64,000 bases of DNA from the IMG/VR virus record IMGVR_UViG_3300035156_000188, positions 1-64,000 of that record. One strand, given 5' to 3'. The notes under the pieces were generated by a model that had not been told where the DNA came from, did no database searches, and worked only from the letters and a program-made list of their open reading frames with translations. Positions 60,785-64,000 of this stretch are shown here, one piece after another. Source of the stretch: a virus. A program made the position numbers and the translations under genes. Position 1 is the first letter of the stretch. Each line of letters opens with the position of its first letter.

Positions 60785-61846
60785 ATGATCGCACGCTGGA
60801 CTAGCGCTTCGTCGCAGGTTCGGTCGCTCGCAAAAGCGGTTTCGGCCGCTTTTGCTGCGTCTGCCCTGACGGACGAAGAAAAATCCCCTGGCAAGATCGA
60901 GATCACGGACTTGCCCTGGCAGGCACCTCCGCTGATCACGCCGCACATGCTCTCCGGCGGCGCCCTGCAAGACTACTTCGACGCGCCGCTGCCGCTCGAC
61001 CAGGCGCTGCTGCACGCGTTCTGGACCACGACCCTGGCCGAGATGTGGTATCGGCCGTCGACGCTGCTCAAGCGCGGCATCCTGGCCGGCACCGGCCGGG
61101 CCATGCCGGCTGTCCGGCACGGCCAGCGCGCGTTCCGCTTCGCCCGCCCAGCCGGCTGGCCAACTTGCGAAGACCTCGCCGGCGTGTCCTTCTCGCTGGA
61201 GGTGGCGCACGCCGCGCGCGTGTCGCTGCCGATCAAGGACTTCGTGTCCGACGACGACAACTACTTCGCCGTCTTCGCCGACGGCGCGGTGATCGGCGTC
61301 AAGGATGGGCTGCCGGCCTGCGTCTCGCCGTGGACGATGGACGCGAGCGGCATTGTGCAGGAGCTGCTGCTCATGCCGCGCGGCGAGGTCAGCTACGCCT
61401 GCGAGTACGACCAGCTCGCCGCGGTGCGGTCGGTGCTGCACGTGCACCAGGCGCGCTTCCCGCACAACTTCCAGGCGCTCGACCAGGCCCTGCAGGCGCT
61501 GCGCCTGCTCAGCCTGGGCGGCTACTGCCCGGAGCTGCTGCACGCCTTGCGCCTGTCGGCGCTGGACATCCGGACGGCGAAAGAGCGCGAGCGCGCCCTG
61601 TTCTCCGCCCTCGATGTCATCGACGCCGAGATCTCCGACCGGTCCAAGCTGGTCACGCTGCGCGACCTGCTTGTGCCGGACGTACTTTCGGTGACGACCT
61701 TCAAGCGACACATCTTCGCCAGCGACACCTACCCGTTCACTCTCGCGCGCGGCAAGCTCGGGACGATCCGGGACTGGGTCGTCGAACAGTACCAGCAGCT
61801 CCCTGTCGAGCTGCAGAAAGGACAGTATGCAGTCAGCAAGGCATAG
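60785..61846 (+). CDS. hypothetical protein (353 aa)
   Basis: ATG 2 nt after the upstream stop; no motif recognised. Confidence 0.65.
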   Translation: MIARWTSASSQVRSLAKAVSAAFAASALTDEEKSPGKIEITDLPWQAPPLITPHMLSGGALQDYFDAPLPLDQALLHAFWTTTLAEMWYRPSTLLKRGILAGTGRAMPAVRHGQRAFRFARPAGWPTCEDLAGVSFSLEVAHAARVSLPIKDFVSDDDNYFAVFADGAVIGVKDGLPACVSPWTMDASGIVQELLLMPRGEVSYACEYDQLAAVRSVLHVHQARFPHNFQALDQALQALRLLSLGGYCPELLHALRLSALDIRTAKERERALFSALDVIDAEISDRSKLVTLRDLLVPDVLSVTTFKRHIFASDTYPFTLARGKLGTIRDWVVEQYQQLPVELQKGQYAVSKA

Positions 61847-62057
61847 CCTCTACGAGGTGCTCATCAGCACCGGTGCAGCGTTCATCCTGAGCGCTGTCCT
61901 TCAGCATTACGTCGTCAACCCGCTCTGGCACCTCGAGTCCTCGGTCGGTGACAGCCTGGGCATCACGGTGTTCTTCACCGTCGTTTCTCTCGTCCGGTCG
62001 TACTTCTTCCGGCGAATCTTCAACAAACTAGGGAATAAACAATATGAAAAGGCATGA
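61827..62057 (+). CDS. membrane protein (76 aa)
   Basis: ORF track; two hydrophobic helices. Confidence 0.5.
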   Translation: MQSARHSLYEVLISTGAAFILSAVLQHYVVNPLWHLESSVGDSLGITVFFTVVSLVRSYFFRRIFNKLGNKQYEKA

Positions 62058-62595
62058 AGCAGTCGTCATCGGCATCACCGGCAAGGCTGGCGCCGGCAAG
62101 GATACCGTCGCTGATTATCTGGTGCGCGAGCACGGCTTCCAGAAGCTGTCGTTCGCCACGATCCTGAAAAAGATGCTGGAAGCGGCCGGCATGCCGGAGC
62201 CGGCCAACCGCGAGGACAAAGAGAAGACCATCCCGGGCTTCAGCTTCTCCTGGCGTGAAGCCGCCCAAAAGCTGGGCACCGAATGGGGCCGCGGCCTGGA
62301 CCCGAACGTCTGGGTCGACGCGATCGAGAAGTACATCACGATGACCGAAGAGAAGCGCGGCCAGCGCCCACGCTTCGTCATTTCGGACGCCCGCTTCGAG
62401 AATGAAGCGGTGCTTATCCGCCGGCGCGGCGTGCTGCTGCACGTCTACGGTCGTGAAGCCGACCTGGGCGCCAAGTCTGCGCACGTGTCCGAAGCCGGTA
62501 TCGTGCGCATGCCGAGCGACATCCTGGTCGACAACAGCGACACCTTCGACGTCACGAAGGGCCGCCTGCTCGAAGCCCTGGGAGGTGTGCTGTGA
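62044..62595 (+). CDS. deoxynucleoside monophosphate kinase-like P-loop protein (183 aa)
   Basis: VIGITGKAGAGKDTVADYL P-loop; size and text like phage dNMP kinases. Confidence 0.65.
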   Translation: MKRHEAVVIGITGKAGAGKDTVADYLVREHGFQKLSFATILKKMLEAAGMPEPANREDKEKTIPGFSFSWREAAQKLGTEWGRGLDPNVWVDAIEKYITMTEEKRGQRPRFVISDARFENEAVLIRRRGVLLHVYGREADLGAKSAHVSEAGIVRMPSDILVDNSDTFDVTKGRLLEALGGVL

Positions 62596-62840
62596 TGGAG
62601 CGCGTAGCCGATGTGCTGGAGATGGCTTCAGCTGAACAAGACCGCATTAACGCGGAAGGCCGCGCCGCGGTCGACGCCGCGAACCGGCCGCAGACCCACC
62701 CGGACTTCGACGGCTTGCACTGCGTCGAAGAAGACTGCGGCGTGGAGCTGCCGCCGGTGCGCCTGGCGTACAAACGCATCCGCTGCTCGACCTGCCAGCA
62801 GCGCGTCGAAGATGTAGCGCGCCGGCAAGGGAGGCGCTGA
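62592..62840 (+). CDS. TraR/DksA-type C4 zinc-finger protein (82 aa)
   Basis: CVEEDCG-N16-CSTCQ. Confidence 0.7.
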   Translation: MMERVADVLEMASAEQDRINAEGRAAVDAANRPQTHPDFDGLHCVEEDCGVELPPVRLAYKRIRCSTCQQRVEDVARRQGRR

Positions 62841-62904
62841 TGGCGGCCGTTGTCTTTCATGGCGTGCTGGTGCTGGGCCTGGCAGGCGCCGTCTGGAGTC
62901 TTCG

Positions 62905-63090
62905 ATGACCGGCCCGCTCATCCTTCAGCTCGTCATCACCGTGGTCATGCTGGTGGCGTCGACGCTCGCTGGCGCCGCGGCGGCGCGCGCGAAACTTGAG
63001 CAGGAGCGCCGCCACTGGTCGATCGAACAAAGCATTTTCCTGGTCGGCGCCGGCCTGGCGTGCGTCACTATTTTGGGAGGTTTGCAATGA
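62905..63090 (+). CDS. membrane protein (61 aa)
   Basis: ORF track; two hydrophobic helices. Confidence 0.45.
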   Translation: MTGPLILQLVITVVMLVASTLAGAAAARAKLEQERRHWSIEQSIFLVGAGLACVTILGGLQ

Positions 63091-64000
63091 AACTGCGACT
63101 CGCCTTCGACATGTCCAGCTGGATGTGGACGATGCTGTCCTGGGGCAAGGACAAGGAGAACGGCTACTTTGTCCCGCACGAGGGCAAGGACGTCTACATC
63201 AACACCGCTGATTACGGCTATGACAACGTCATGGGCCGGATGATCGAGCTGGTCGAGAAGTATCGCCTGAACCCGATCAACTGCATCCTGGTGTTCGAGG
63301 GGCAGAATTCGAAGCAGCGCCGGCTGATGATCGACAACACCTACAAGGGCGGCGGCGCCAGCAGCCGCCCACAGGAAGCCTACGCCGAATTCCACAAGCT
63401 GCGCGACATGCTCAAGCAGACGTGGAAGGACCTGGGCGCCCAGACGATGTGGCAGGACGCGGCCGAGGGCGACGACACGCTCGCCTGGCTGGCGGCCCAC
63501 ACCGAGGACGACCTGCTGGTGGCCACCTTCGACAACGACCTGACGGTGCTCAACGGCACCAACCGGTACGGCGCGAAGGTGCGCACCTGGATCAACGAGA
63601 TGGTCGAGTACAACAAGTACGGCACCTTCGACTATGACCTGGTCACCACTTACAAGGCGCTCGTCGGCGACTCGTCCGACAACATCAAGGGCTGCAAGGG
63701 CTTCGGCGAGTCGGCTTGGGAGAAGCTGCTGGCCCAGTACGGCGAAGACGGCGTCCGCGAGATCCACACGATGCTGGGCGAGTCGCGCCTCCTGGACCTG
63801 ACCGAATACATCTCGGGCCCCCAGGACAAGCTGCTCTCGAAGATCGTCGACCAGGCGCCGGACGTGACCCGTTGCTTCGACCTTGCCAAGGTGCGTCCCG
63901 AGTGGGTCAACACCATGCGCCTGCCGATCTGCTGGGAGCCGGGCATGGTGCGTCAGCTGACGCCAGCTGACCGCGACCCGAAGACGAAGAAGTGGCTGGG
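63087..64000 (+). CDS. 5'-3' exonuclease / flap endonuclease domain (partial, runs off the right edge)
   Basis: GGGAGG-N6-ATG in an ATGA overlap; no stop to 64000; acidic clusters (FEGQNS, AEGDDTLA, TFDNDL) and H3TH string LVGDSSDNIKGCKGFGE. Confidence 0.75.
   Translation, partial: MKLRLAFDMSSWMWTMLSWGKDKENGYFVPHEGKDVYINTADYGYDNVMGRMIELVEKYRLNPINCILVFEGQNSKQRRLMIDNTYKGGGASSRPQEAYAEFHKLRDMLKQTWKDLGAQTMWQDAAEGDDTLAWLAAHTEDDLLVATFDNDLTVLNGTNRYGAKVRTWINEMVEYNKYGTFDYDLVTTYKALVGDSSDNIKGCKGFGESAWEKLLAQYGEDGVREIHTMLGESRLLDLTEYISGPQDKLLSKIVDQAPDVTRCFDLAKVRPEWVNTMRLPICWEPGMVRQLTPADRDPKTKKWL

Noticed and set aside
1-64000. Prophage or integrative-element interpretation (att sites, integrase, repressor-Cro switch).
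   Set aside because: No integrase, recombinase, transposase or flanking bacterial housekeeping gene is visible. Everything in the window is phage-like, so lysogeny cannot be supported from this sequence.

Overview
High-G+C (by eye about 60-65%) tailed dsDNA phage sequence, almost entirely coding. All non-ORF coordinates were hand-indexed and may be off by 1-2 nt. Layout: (i) 1-14114, minus strand: late morphogenesis operon in lambda-like order. It runs HTH protein, small proteins, GpA-type large terminase, portal, S49 protease/scaffold, decoration-like protein, major capsid, head-tail proteins, major tail protein, G/GT chaperones with an A_AAA_AAC -1 frameshift site, then the start of the tape measure gene, which runs off the left edge. 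Three intrinsic terminators punctuate it. (ii) 14115-19456: the only A+T-richer, gap-rich stretch. It holds a divergent control region with repeat arrays and sigma54-like boxes, a ~650-nt ORF-free segment, a few small genes and a minus-strand degenerate HNH-like gene. (iii) 19457-47121, plus strand: about 70 tightly coupled early/middle genes, mostly of unknown function. Recognisable ones include tandem paralogue families, zinc-ribbon proteins, an ArdA-like acidic protein, HNH-type proteins, a vWA protein and a J-domain protein. (iv) 47263-50513, minus strand: an isolated five-gene fibre-like island. (v) 50623-64000, plus strand: replication/nucleotide module with RdgC, C5-methyltransferase, SNF2-type helicase, primase-helicase, DnaQ-like exonuclease, MazG, dNMP kinase, TraR/DksA zinc finger, and a 5'-3' exonuclease running off the right edge. 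I saw no tRNA, rRNA, CRISPR array, integrase or transposase. The most unusual observation is the methyltransferase locus (51468-52580). It carries recognisable methyltransferase text in two overlapping reading frames, and the nested +1 ORF has its own Shine-Dalgarno. Also notable are a dense TGACA-based repeat system around 18688-19431 and a conserved GTGGCAC-N5-TTGCTT (sigma54 -24/-12-like) element present three times.
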